Shown piece after piece: positions 47,669 to 56,749 of a DNA stretch of 64,000 bases. The notes beneath the pieces are model-generated. The model was not told the DNA's origin and searched no databases. It saw only the letters and a program-made list of their open reading frames with translations. Location of the stretch: assembly GCA_965262955.1 (NCBI GenBank), contig CBDHGE010000001.1:3730272-3794271 (forward strand), given 5' to 3'. Made by a program: the position numbers and the translations under genes. The stretch's first letter is position 1. Each line of letters starts with the position of its first letter. The DNA is from Candidatus Poribacteria bacterium (lineage in GTDB: Bacteria; Poribacteria; WGA-4E; WGA-3G).

Positions 47669-48901
47669 ATGCGAAAAATATTGAGTATCTCACTTCTATT
47701 ATGTACAACATTATTGATTTCTGGTTGTGCTGCTTCATTTTTGTCAGGAAACCACCAAAAAATTCGACTCATGTTAAACCGACCCGAACAGATTCAGGTC
47801 CAAGCATCTATCGCTCCAATTACATATTCTAGTGGAGATTTCCATCTGAAATGGGAGTCACTCACAAACCTGAGTGAGGTAGAACAACAACGAGATTATC
47901 CAATGTCAGTATTTCAGGGTTTTCTCCCTAAAAGATCCGTCTCTATCGGCAAGGCATGGGAAATTGATCGTGAAGCTGCACTTCAATTGCTCAAGCAACT
48001 TGCAGAGAAGCCGCAATTTAAAATGCACATCAGTCCTGGCACTACAAAAATCAGTATCGGTAGTATCAAAACTTTCGAGATAGGTGGTGACGCAGATGGA
48101 CGTTGGGCATTGCTTCGTGCATTTAACGACGATTATGCTGAAATTCTGTTCCGGATTCATGCCGAGTTCGTCTTAGAAGATGGCTATTTTACACCCTCAC
48201 AATTCGCAGGACGTTTCATTCTTGACAGACACGCACAAGAATTAGTTTACTTTAAGATGCATGTCCCTCAAAGCACGCTTAACTTCGATGTCAATAGAAA
48301 ACACCCAAATGGGAGTGTCACAACTGCTACCGGGGTTTGTCAAATTGAAATGACCGCTGGGGGAGACGTCGCCACGGATATTACTTTCTTGGAAAAGATC
48401 TCTATGGATCAGGCGGAACTCGTACTCGCCAGACAGTTTTACAAAGCACAAGAAATTGAATGGGTACCTTTAGATAAGGCAGTAGAGAAAGCAAAATCAC
48501 TTGACCGTCCCATCCACGTCGTTTCGGCGGACGGTACCTTTATGGATGAGTCGTGCTGAGGGAGTGGGAAAACCCTGAGGGCAGTTGTCCTCTCTGATAA
48601 GAAAACAATTAAGTATTTGAATGCTAACTTTGTTAACGTCTGGGTACTCAATCGCGATCTCAAACTACATCGTGACGCTAAAGGCATTGACAGTATTTCA
48701 CCCTTGGAACGGGCGATCATTAGCGGATGGAATAAGGGATCACCTGTAGATTGCCAAGTGATTTCAAAAGACTTAAAGCTGCTTATGAGCCTACCCCTTA
48801 ACGATTTTATGAAAAAATCTGGTTTTTCGTTTTTTTATAAAGGTGGAAGTCTCTATCGGGATGCTATGAACGAGGCATTAACTGGAGCAAACCGAGAATA
48901 A
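47669..48901 (+). CDS. Selenoprotein N (SELENON)-like lipoprotein; in-frame TGA 48557..48559 predicted as selenocysteine
   Basis: Lipobox ISGC; FRIHAEF, F.P.QF.G and DESC*GSGKTLR..VL motifs; ORFs 47669..48559 and 48617..48901 share a frame with no other stop between them. Confidence 0.88.
48560..48596 (+). promoter_or_regulatory. Candidate bacterial SECIS hairpin
   Basis: Stem GAGGGC (48577-82) / GUCCUC (48587-92) with loop AGUU; 23 nt separate the UGA from the loop. Confidence 0.6.
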
Positions 48902-48982
48902 ATGATTCCGATCAGTGTTCACAAGATAGCATAACCTCGGTTATCCCATTGATGAACCCATCACCGACAAAAGGAGTCTCAA

Positions 48983-49867
48983 ATGACAAAGTCTAAGCGG
49001 TTAGTCGCTTTTCTGATCTTTTCTCTCCTATTTCTATCAGTAGCGACCCTTGTTCTATTCGTAGGAGAGGCCGGAAACTCTCACCGGAATAGATCCGGTT
49101 TATCCGTTAATCCAACTGGGCATTTAACAGTTGATTTGGAGTTTGGTACGATCAATATAGAAACCACGGATCAGGATCATATCAATATTGCATACACACA
49201 GGAATGGAAAGCAAAGTTCCGGGAACTACGACCGAAGTCTTTCGTATGGATTACTAAATTACCCTATGATTTTGAAATCACAACTGAACATGAAGAGGCA
49301 GATACCGAATCAGATGTTCGAATTGAAGGAAAGTTCAAGCGTGGACGAGAACATTGGCAAGAGGGATTGAAGTGGTACACTGTCGACGTTCGTGTGACAG
49401 TGCCGCGCCAGTATAATGTCACGCTCAAAACTGCATCTTCTGGAGATATTCATGTTGACAACTTAATGGGGGCGGTAAGCGTAGAAGTGTTGGACGGCAA
49501 CCTGCACCTTGGCGAAATCCAGGGTGAAGTGTGGGGAAAAACCTATGGGAGTGGAGATATTACACTCAACGGGTGCAAAAATCGCCTCAACCTGACAGCT
49601 GCTATGGGGAATATCCGAGCGGAAATGACAACACAACCAGAACATCCATGGGTGCTGAGCACATCCGAGAGCGGAGAGATAGATGTCACGGTCCATCCCA
49701 ATATCGCAGTTGACGTAGATGCCCAAACGCAAGGGAACATCTCAAGCGATTTTCCCATTCAACCTAACAGAAACATCGAAAATAGAATAAAGGGAATGGT
49801 TAACAGCGGTGGACCACTACTGAAATTGCGCGCTGCTGCCGGCGAAATCCGCTTGAGGAAGAAGTAG
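48983..49867 (+). CDS. DUF4097 / adhesin-like beta-strand repeat protein
   Basis: N-terminal TM; VTVPR.YNV.LKT.SGDI, repeated G.I units, GGPLLKL...GEI. Confidence 0.8.
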   Translation: MTKSKRLVAFLIFSLLFLSVATLVLFVGEAGNSHRNRSGLSVNPTGHLTVDLEFGTINIETTDQDHINIAYTQEWKAKFRELRPKSFVWITKLPYDFEITTEHEEADTESDVRIEGKFKRGREHWQEGLKWYTVDVRVTVPRQYNVTLKTASSGDIHVDNLMGAVSVEVLDGNLHLGEIQGEVWGKTYGSGDITLNGCKNRLNLTAAMGNIRAEMTTQPEHPWVLSTSESGEIDVTVHPNIAVDVDAQTQGNISSDFPIQPNRNIENRIKGMVNSGGPLLKLRAAAGEIRLRKK

Positions 49868-50259
49868 CTTGTTTTTCACAGAAAGTTGAAGACTACAAAT
49901 TGCCTTTAGAGACACCCGGTGAGAAAAGTTTGAAATAATACAATATAGCAGTACCTGCCGAACCCTGCGCAATCACTCGATTCATAGACGGAAAGCGATA
50001 ACCAACCTTACCTTTCGCACGAGATCAGTTTAACACAGCAATTTTTGCGCTTTATACCACACTTCTTGCATACTGCTGATAGCAGAGAGACCGCCAATAA
50101 ATTCCCCTTCTTCAATGCAAGAGTTCCTAAAAAAATGATGAATACGCTAACACCTCTACACAAACCTAATGTTTTCCTATGTTTTAGAGTCACTACAGTG
50201 AAACGCCGTTGGAATTTCACTGGTAGTTCGGTGCAACGACTCCATGTTATTTAGAACAT

Positions 50260-50275
50260 TGGCATAGAACTTGCT
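50260..50275 (+). promoter_or_regulatory. sigma-54 (-24/-12) promoter motif
   Basis: TGGCATAGAACTTGCT: GG-N10-GC in TGGCA/TTGCT context. Confidence 0.6.
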
Positions 50276-50457
50276 TAACAATAACGAGATTCAGTTTCTG
50301 TTTCATCAACGCTTGTGTGATAAACCCTTAAGTCAAACACACGTCAAAATATTAATGATACGTAAGGACAGGTGAAAAGAAAACCTTCTTGTTCCTCTAC
50401 TGAAGGTTTCGCATCCGCGGTTTATGAGAAGGCTAAGTATTTGACAATGTGTTATAA

Positions 50458-50620
50458 GTGTCAACTAACTTTTGTCAGGGGTGTTTAGTTCTCCAGTAGG
50501 AAGAGTCTCTAAATCCCAATTTCTTTCTGTAGGAGCGAGCTGTGCTCGCGACTTTTGGACATAATGGCAAATAAACCGAAAACTAAATAGCCCTAAATTA
50601 TTGTTAATTCAAGTTGACAC
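50458..50620. mobile_element. Nested MITE-like element containing a REP
   Basis: Outer TIR GTGTCAACT/AGTTGACAC; inner TIR AGGGGTGTTTAGTT/AACTAAATAGCCCT (12/14); REP at 50528..50554. Confidence 0.55.
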
Positions 50621-50642
50621 CGTAGCCGTTCTTAGGTATAAT
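50614..50642 (+). promoter_or_regulatory. Consensus sigma-70 promoter
   Basis: TTGACA-17 bp-TATAAT. Confidence 0.75.
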
Positions 50643-50880
50643 AGGTATTACGTCTTTAGTAATTGACTTGTAAGGCTCGTAATAATTTCAATATTACACA
50701 GAACCGCCCTTTTTGCCTTCAGTATAAAAGGATCCACAAACTTTCCCACCACAAGACTTTGATTGGGAGATTAAATAGCGAAAAGGCGAATTAGATAACT
50801 TTAACGATTCAATTAATTTGCACGTGAGATTTTGTCAGAATATAAACAGATCTCTAATAGTTCAGAGAGGAGTAAATGTT

Positions 50881-52761
50881 GTGAAAAAGGTTTTGCTTTG
50901 CGCGCTTGTGGTATTCTGCTTAGCTGCACCTCATAGTTATTCGCAGATCGAGTGGGACGCTGAAAAGTTTATGCCGTTGTCTGAAGTAAAGAAGGGCATG
51001 AAAGGGAAAGGCTATACAGTATTTTCCGGAACAACGGTTGAAGAATTTGAATTTGAAGTTGTAAGTGTTGAATACAACTTTATTCCGGGTTGGCACGTTG
51101 TGTGGGTTGAAGGACTGAGCGATAACTTTAAGTACACTGGGGTCGCAGGCGGTATGAGTGGCAGTCCAATGTATATTGATGGACGGCTCATGGGAGCAAT
51201 CTCGCTTGGGGGCTTTAATCAGAGAGAACGCTCCAATCTTTGTGGTGTTACGCCGTTTGAATTGATGGTCAAAGTCGCAAAGCGCGGGATGAAACCCAAC
51301 CTAAGTTACGAAGGTGCACAACTCTTTAACCTCGGTTCAGCTGCTGCGACGCAAGACTACGGCTTGGACATCGGACAGTCTCTCTTGGGTGATGGTAAAA
51401 TTCCACATGCCCCACCTACCTTCAATGAAATATCGTTTGACGATATCTCCGGTGCCCCTTCCCAAATGAGATCAGCACAGTTGCCAATACCCGTCACACT
51501 TCCAACGCTTAACTCGGACGTAATACGGATGGTCAAACCGCTCTTTGACCGGTTCAATTTTATGCCTGTACAGGCAGCAGGGGGTGGAAGTCCAGTTAAG
51601 GAATCACCCGTTGAAGAAGGTCAGATAATTGGGACAGAGTATGTGCGTGGTGATGTTTCGCTCTTTGGCTATGGAACCATTACATACGTAGATGGAAACG
51701 AGTTACTTGCCTATGGACACTCTGGCTCCGGAGAAGGCAATGTCAACCTACCTCTGTCGGGTGGGTATGTGCACTTCATTTTTCCCAGCCGATCCCGCTC
51801 CTCCAAAATAGCATCTGCTACACAGCCCATTGGCACGTTAGTGCAAGATCGAGACCCTGCTATTGCTGGAATTATCGGTAGACATCCAAGCTATATTCCT
51901 GTGAATGTCAATGTGCAAACAACCGACGGAAAACAGCACGAGAAATACTATGAAGTGATACGGCACCGCAGTTTCTCTCCTATTTACACTGCAATACCGG
52001 CTTGGATGCTCTTGGATACGCTTGATTTCTATTTCAATGACCACACGCTCAGTATGGGAGCGACTATCACTTTAAAAGAAAACGCTGACCTCAAAACGCG
52101 TGAATTAGTTTATAAAAACATCTTTTCTTCCAGTGGCTCACCAGGGTTTGGGGTTATGCAGACGCTCATGTTGCCGCTATTCCAACTCAGTATCAACCCG
52201 TATACGACGGTTCATGTTGAGAACGTCACCCTTGATCTGAAGATAGACGATAAACGACGGACGGCGAGAATTCAGAGCCTCCGCGTGGATAAACTCCGCT
52301 ATCGTCCTGGAGACACTGTTGAGGTAGAAATGACTTTGCAGCCCTACCTCGAAACACCTATAGTGCAGACCGGAACGATTACAATTCCGAAGGATGCTCC
52401 AGACGGGCTTGTTATGCTCCTTGCCGGAAATGGGAACTTTCACGAGTCGTGGCAACGTTCGCGGGCTCCCCTGAATTTCCGCCATAAGAACATCAACCAG
52501 CTCATCAAGCTGTTGCAACGCGGCGAGCGTAACACCGATATTATTATGGAACTGTTTGTTCCCGAACCGGGACTCACTGTCCAAGGTGAAGAATTCGAGA
52601 ATTTGCCGCCTTCAGTTATGTCTGTGATGAATACCGCGAAGCAGGTTGGCGATAGTGGGTACACTGCAGGAACAACGTTACATATTGACAGACATTCCAC
52701 CGACTACGTTGTCTATGGCAGCGGCATCATTCGATTTGTTGTTGACAGGAACGCTGAATAG
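50881..52761 (+). CDS. SpoIVB (peptidase S55) domain secreted protein
   Basis: GMKGKGYTVF.G, catalytic-type GVAGGMSGSP, GT.TYVDG...AYGH; GTG start after GAGGAG. Confidence 0.85.
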   Translation: MKKVLLCALVVFCLAAPHSYSQIEWDAEKFMPLSEVKKGMKGKGYTVFSGTTVEEFEFEVVSVEYNFIPGWHVVWVEGLSDNFKYTGVAGGMSGSPMYIDGRLMGAISLGGFNQRERSNLCGVTPFELMVKVAKRGMKPNLSYEGAQLFNLGSAAATQDYGLDIGQSLLGDGKIPHAPPTFNEISFDDISGAPSQMRSAQLPIPVTLPTLNSDVIRMVKPLFDRFNFMPVQAAGGGSPVKESPVEEGQIIGTEYVRGDVSLFGYGTITYVDGNELLAYGHSGSGEGNVNLPLSGGYVHFIFPSRSRSSKIASATQPIGTLVQDRDPAIAGIIGRHPSYIPVNVNVQTTDGKQHEKYYEVIRHRSFSPIYTAIPAWMLLDTLDFYFNDHTLSMGATITLKENADLKTRELVYKNIFSSSGSPGFGVMQTLMLPLFQLSINPYTTVHVENVTLDLKIDDKRRTARIQSLRVDKLRYRPGDTVEVEMTLQPYLETPIVQTGTITIPKDAPDGLVMLLAGNGNFHESWQRSRAPLNFRHKNINQLIKLLQRGERNTDIIMELFVPEPGLTVQGEEFENLPPSVMSVMNTAKQVGDSGYTAGTTLHIDRHSTDYVVYGSGIIRFVVDRNAE

Positions 52762-52853
52762 TGAAAAGCACAATAGGGCGGAAACATCTAACTTCTGCTT
52801 ACACTTGCGGTAGGATGGACATACGGAAATGTATCTCTACGTGCCAGTGAAAA

Positions 52854-52975
52854 CTATGGTGAATTATATAAATAAATGAACATTTCAGTAAATGGTCGCA
52901 GCGAAACTACACAACCGCTGCTGGTGAGGTTTCTTAACCTCGCCGCCCTAAAGGTAATTCTATAGTTCACTATAA
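52854..52975. mobile_element. MITE-like element with internal REP-like hairpin
   Basis: Imperfect TIR CTATGGTGAATTATA / TATAGTTCACTATAA; internal GGTGAGGTTTCTTAACCTCGCC; related to 58191..58320. Confidence 0.55.
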
Positions 52976-53057
52976 ATCATACAAAAACTTAAATTTGGCA
53001 ACTTGCAACGTGACCTTTCAAGTTTCGCCTAAATAACCCTATAGGAGGGTATTTCCA

Positions 53058-55199
53058 ATGCGCCGTGTCATCTCCTTTTGGAGTCTTATTTTAACTGTTT
53101 TTATTTTCGCGAATGCCGCACTTGCAGTCAAAACTTCCCTGTGGCAACAGCAACATCACTCGGACTTTGAAGAAGGCAAACCGAAAAACCTGTCAATGAC
53201 CAGCAACGGCGACGTTATGTTGTCTCCCAAAATTGATGCCTTCACAAAGCTGAAGGAGACCCAAGTCTGGGCGCTCGTTGAGGATTCAGCTGGAAATCTC
53301 TATGCCGGAACCGGGAACGAAGGAAAAATCTACAAAATTAACGCAGATGGCGACACTGCCGAACTCTACTATAACTCACCCGAAGTTACAATTTACAGTC
53401 TCGCTATTGGACCCGACGATGCCCTCTACGCCGGTACAGGACCCGATGGATTGATATACAAAATCACTGACGCTACAACACCTCCAACAACCATCCTCAA
53501 TGAAGGCGATAAATATGTATGGGCGTTGCAATTTGATGATGAAGGTAATCTCTACGCCGCAACAGGCACTGATGGTAAAATTTACAAAATCACACCCGAA
53601 GGTGAATCCAGTGTCCTCTTTGATGCCGAAGAGAAAAACATTATGACATTGTTGGCACAAGAAAACGGTTTCTATGCAGGCAGTAGCGAAAACGGGATTA
53701 TCTACCACGTTATGGCGGATGGCACAGCGAAGGTAATCTATCAAGCCAAAGAGAAAGAGGTGCGTGCGCTTGAAATGGATAGCCAAGGAAACCTCTATGC
53801 CGCAGTTGTTACATCAGCACCCGCTGAATCCCCAAGAGGTCGGCGCGGTCAAAATGGACCACCGACACCCAGCGGACCACCACCGCCTGGGGGCGGCGCG
53901 CCCGAAGAAAATAAATCTAACATTTACAAAATTCGATCGGACGGGACTGTTGTACCAATTTGGAATTCGCCAGAGCCGCTTATCTTGGCGATTGTTATCG
54001 AAAGCGATACCCAAATCCTTGTAGGTACCGGAGATGACGGGAAACTTTACCGCGTCAACCCGATGAGTGGAGACTCTGTTGAAGTCGGAAAATGTTCTGC
54101 GAACCAAATCATCGCGATACACCAAAAAGAGGTAGACGGAAACACGCGAACACTCCTTGCTACCGGAAATCCGGGTAAACTCTTTACACTCACAGCGACT
54201 TACGTTGAAGAAGGTACACTTGAGTCAACAGTTCACGATGCACAGAGTCTATCCCGTTGGGGCAAACTCTCATGGGAAGGCGAAATGGCAGAAGGAACCG
54301 CTATCACCTTCTCAACCCGCACTGGCAATACCAAAAAACCGGATGACACATGGAACGACTGGTCAGACGAACTCACAACCGCTGCAGGATCTCAGGTCCC
54401 GAACGCAGACGCGCAATATATCCAATGGCGCGCCAAGTTCACCACCAGCGATACCGCGCAAACGCCTGTCTTGAAGAAAGTAACGCTTGCCTCCGTTCAG
54501 ACCAATGTTGAACCGCGGTTTACCAGCATTGAAGTAGATGACGGCAGTGGCAGTGGCAACAGGGATCAAGGACGCCGTTCCTCTGGAGGTGGATTACCTC
54601 CGCCCGGTGCGCGCGGTGGTGATAGTGGTCGATCCAGTAGTGGAAATAGCACGCCTTCTAAAAACTGGAAAGTTACTTGGAAAGTGGAAGATGCAAATGA
54701 TGATACATTGCAATACAACATCTACTACAAAGCGGTTACTGAGAGCAACTGGCGGCTCCTAAAAAAAGAATTGTCCAAAGCGGAATATGAGTGGGATATT
54801 ACCACTGTTCCAGATGGACGATATACCGTGAAAGTTGCCGCAACTGACAAACTCAGCAATCCTGTTGGCTGGGCGAAATCTGTTGAAAAGGTGAGTATGC
54901 CGTTTGATATAGATAACACCCAACCCTCTATCGGAGAAATTCAGGTCAATGCAAACGGCAATGGTACCTACAAAATTGCCTGTGACGTTATGGATGTGAG
55001 CACACCAATTCAAAAAGCCGTCTATAAAATTGACAGTGATGAACACTGGAAAGCAATCTTTCCTGAAGATGGCATCTTCGATTCCAAGCAGGAAAACCTT
55101 TTACTGGAAACCGGTGAACTCCCCGAAGGTGCACACACTATTATCATTCAGGTAACAGACAGAGCACAAAACACGGCAGTGAGTCGAGCAGGTTTCTAA
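53058..55199 (+). CDS. Secreted beta-propeller plus Ig/FN3-like protein
   Basis: Signal peptide, repeated LYAGTG..G.IYKI blades, Gly/Pro/Ser linkers, C-terminal PDGRY.VKV.A.D. Confidence 0.8.
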   Translation: MRRVISFWSLILTVFIFANAALAVKTSLWQQQHHSDFEEGKPKNLSMTSNGDVMLSPKIDAFTKLKETQVWALVEDSAGNLYAGTGNEGKIYKINADGDTAELYYNSPEVTIYSLAIGPDDALYAGTGPDGLIYKITDATTPPTTILNEGDKYVWALQFDDEGNLYAATGTDGKIYKITPEGESSVLFDAEEKNIMTLLAQENGFYAGSSENGIIYHVMADGTAKVIYQAKEKEVRALEMDSQGNLYAAVVTSAPAESPRGRRGQNGPPTPSGPPPPGGGAPEENKSNIYKIRSDGTVVPIWNSPEPLILAIVIESDTQILVGTGDDGKLYRVNPMSGDSVEVGKCSANQIIAIHQKEVDGNTRTLLATGNPGKLFTLTATYVEEGTLESTVHDAQSLSRWGKLSWEGEMAEGTAITFSTRTGNTKKPDDTWNDWSDELTTAAGSQVPNADAQYIQWRAKFTTSDTAQTPVLKKVTLASVQTNVEPRFTSIEVDDGSGSGNRDQGRRSSGGGLPPPGARGGDSGRSSSGNSTPSKNWKVTWKVEDANDDTLQYNIYYKAVTESNWRLLKKELSKAEYEWDITTVPDGRYTVKVAATDKLSNPVGWAKSVEKVSMPFDIDNTQPSIGEIQVNANGNGTYKIACDVMDVSTPIQKAVYKIDSDEHWKAIFPEDGIFDSKQENLLLETGELPEGAHTIIIQVTDRAQNTAVSRAGF

Positions 55200-55215
55200 C
55201 AGGCTTGGCAATCGT

Positions 55216-55246
55216 GGGCGGGTTTCAAACCCGCCCTATTTTTTTT
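55216..55246 (+). terminator. Rho-independent terminator (REP-like stem)
   Basis: GGGCGGGTTT-C-AAACCCGCCC followed by TA and T8. Confidence 0.8.
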
Positions 55247-55382
55247 AACGGATCCCTTCGTCTTGAATGGTTGAAATTTACCAACCATCAACCGAAAAGA
55301 GGACTATGCGTTTCTGCTGTGTCAAGACACGATCAGAATTTCCGACATGTTATGCCCTATAGCATAAAGCCCATCTGTGCTC

Positions 55383-56729
55383 CTACTGTGTCACTGCCTC
55401 AATTGACGCATAAACGGTGTCCAGAAGCGTGTCTAACTCTGAAATCGGGATTTGCAATGGTGGCATCAGGACGATAGTATTGACAAGTGGTCGGAGTATC
55501 GCGCCACGGGTGAGTGCTTCTTTACAGACCCGGATACCTACCTTCTCCTCAAACGGATAAGGCGTATTGGTGTCTGGGTTTTTCATTAACTCTACGCCTG
55601 CGGCAAGTCCACATACACGTACATCACCGACATACGGGAGTTTGTGGAATGCTTGGAGTCGGTTTTTGAAGTGTTCAATGGTAGGTTGGAGTCGGGAAAG
55701 AAGATTCTCACGCTCGAAAATGGCGATGTTTTCTAATGCGACAGCACACGCTAACGGGTTACCAGTAAAGGTGTGTCCATGGAAAAAGGTCTTGAGGTCC
55801 TTATATTCGCCGAGGAAAGCATCGTAGATTTCGTCCGTAGTTAGCGTTGCGGCGAGGGGAAGGTAGCCTGCGGCGAGTCCTTTTGCTGTGCATAAGAGAT
55901 CGGGTGTGACCCCTTCATGTTCACATGCCCACATTTTGCCGGTACGCCCAAAACCGGTCATCACTTCATCAACGATGAGAAGTGTATTCCACCGTTTCGC
56001 TAATACAACAAGTTCCTTCAGGAACCCTTGAGGCGAAATAAGCATGCCACCCGCGCCCTGAATTAGCGGCTCTAAAATGATTCCGGCAATCTGCTCTGTG
56101 TGCTCAGAGAGGGCATTTTCTACTGCATTTATCCATCGAGTTTTAACCGCAGCGTCATCAGCACAGGTAGAATGATAGGTTTCGGGAGCAGACACGCGGA
56201 TCCCTTTGAAAAGGAGGGAATCAAAGGTTGTGTGGAAACTATCAATACCTCCGACACTCATAGCACCTATCGTGTCTCCGTGATACGCCTTATCAAAATG
56301 GATAAATAGTTTCCGTTGCGGTTTTCCCTTGTGTTGCCAGTACTGATACGCCATCTTTAAGGCAATTTCGACAGCGGTTGAACCGTTATCGGAATAGAAC
56401 ACCTTATTAAGCCCTACCGGCGTAATCTCTACCAATTTTTTTGCCAGTTCAATCGCGGGAATGTTGCTGTAGCCAAGTAGCGTGGTATGTGCAATCTTAT
56501 CCAGTTGTGTTTTGAGCGCGGTGTTCAACTCAGGACAATTGTGACCATGGACATTCGTCCACATAGATGCAACGCCATCAATATACCGATTTCCGGCGGT
56601 ATCAATGAGGTAACATCCTTCGCCGCGTTCAATAATCACTGGCACCTCTGTCAGCCAATCTTGCATCTGAGTAAATGGATGCCAGAGGTAACGCTTATCC
56701 CAAGCGACAAGCGTCTCATTGTCAACCAT
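55383..56729 (-). CDS. bioA: Adenosylmethionine-8-amino-7-oxononanoate aminotransferase
   Basis: WHPFTQM, SDNGSTAVEIALKMA, YHGDT, DEV.TGFGRTG, FFHGHTFTGNPLAC. Confidence 0.95.
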   Translation of the reverse strand: MVDNETLVAWDKRYLWHPFTQMQDWLTEVPVIIERGEGCYLIDTAGNRYIDGVASMWTNVHGHNCPELNTALKTQLDKIAHTTLLGYSNIPAIELAKKLVEITPVGLNKVFYSDNGSTAVEIALKMAYQYWQHKGKPQRKLFIHFDKAYHGDTIGAMSVGGIDSFHTTFDSLLFKGIRVSAPETYHSTCADDAAVKTRWINAVENALSEHTEQIAGIILEPLIQGAGGMLISPQGFLKELVVLAKRWNTLLIVDEVMTGFGRTGKMWACEHEGVTPDLLCTAKGLAAGYLPLAATLTTDEIYDAFLGEYKDLKTFFHGHTFTGNPLACAVALENIAIFERENLLSRLQPTIEHFKNRLQAFHKLPYVGDVRVCGLAAGVELMKNPDTNTPYPFEEKVGIRVCKEALTRGAILRPLVNTIVLMPPLQIPISELDTLLDTVYASIEAVTQ

Positions 56730-56749
56730 ATCTTGTATTTACAGGTTCA

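Noticed and set aside
48557-48559. TGA as Trp/Gly under an alternative genetic code, or a nonsense pseudogene
   Set aside because: Other genes stop normally at TGA, and this codon sits exactly at the SELENON Sec position with a 3' hairpin.
48617-48901. Stand-alone 94-aa ORF
   Set aside because: TTG start without an RBS; it is the in-frame C-terminal part of the SelN-like gene.
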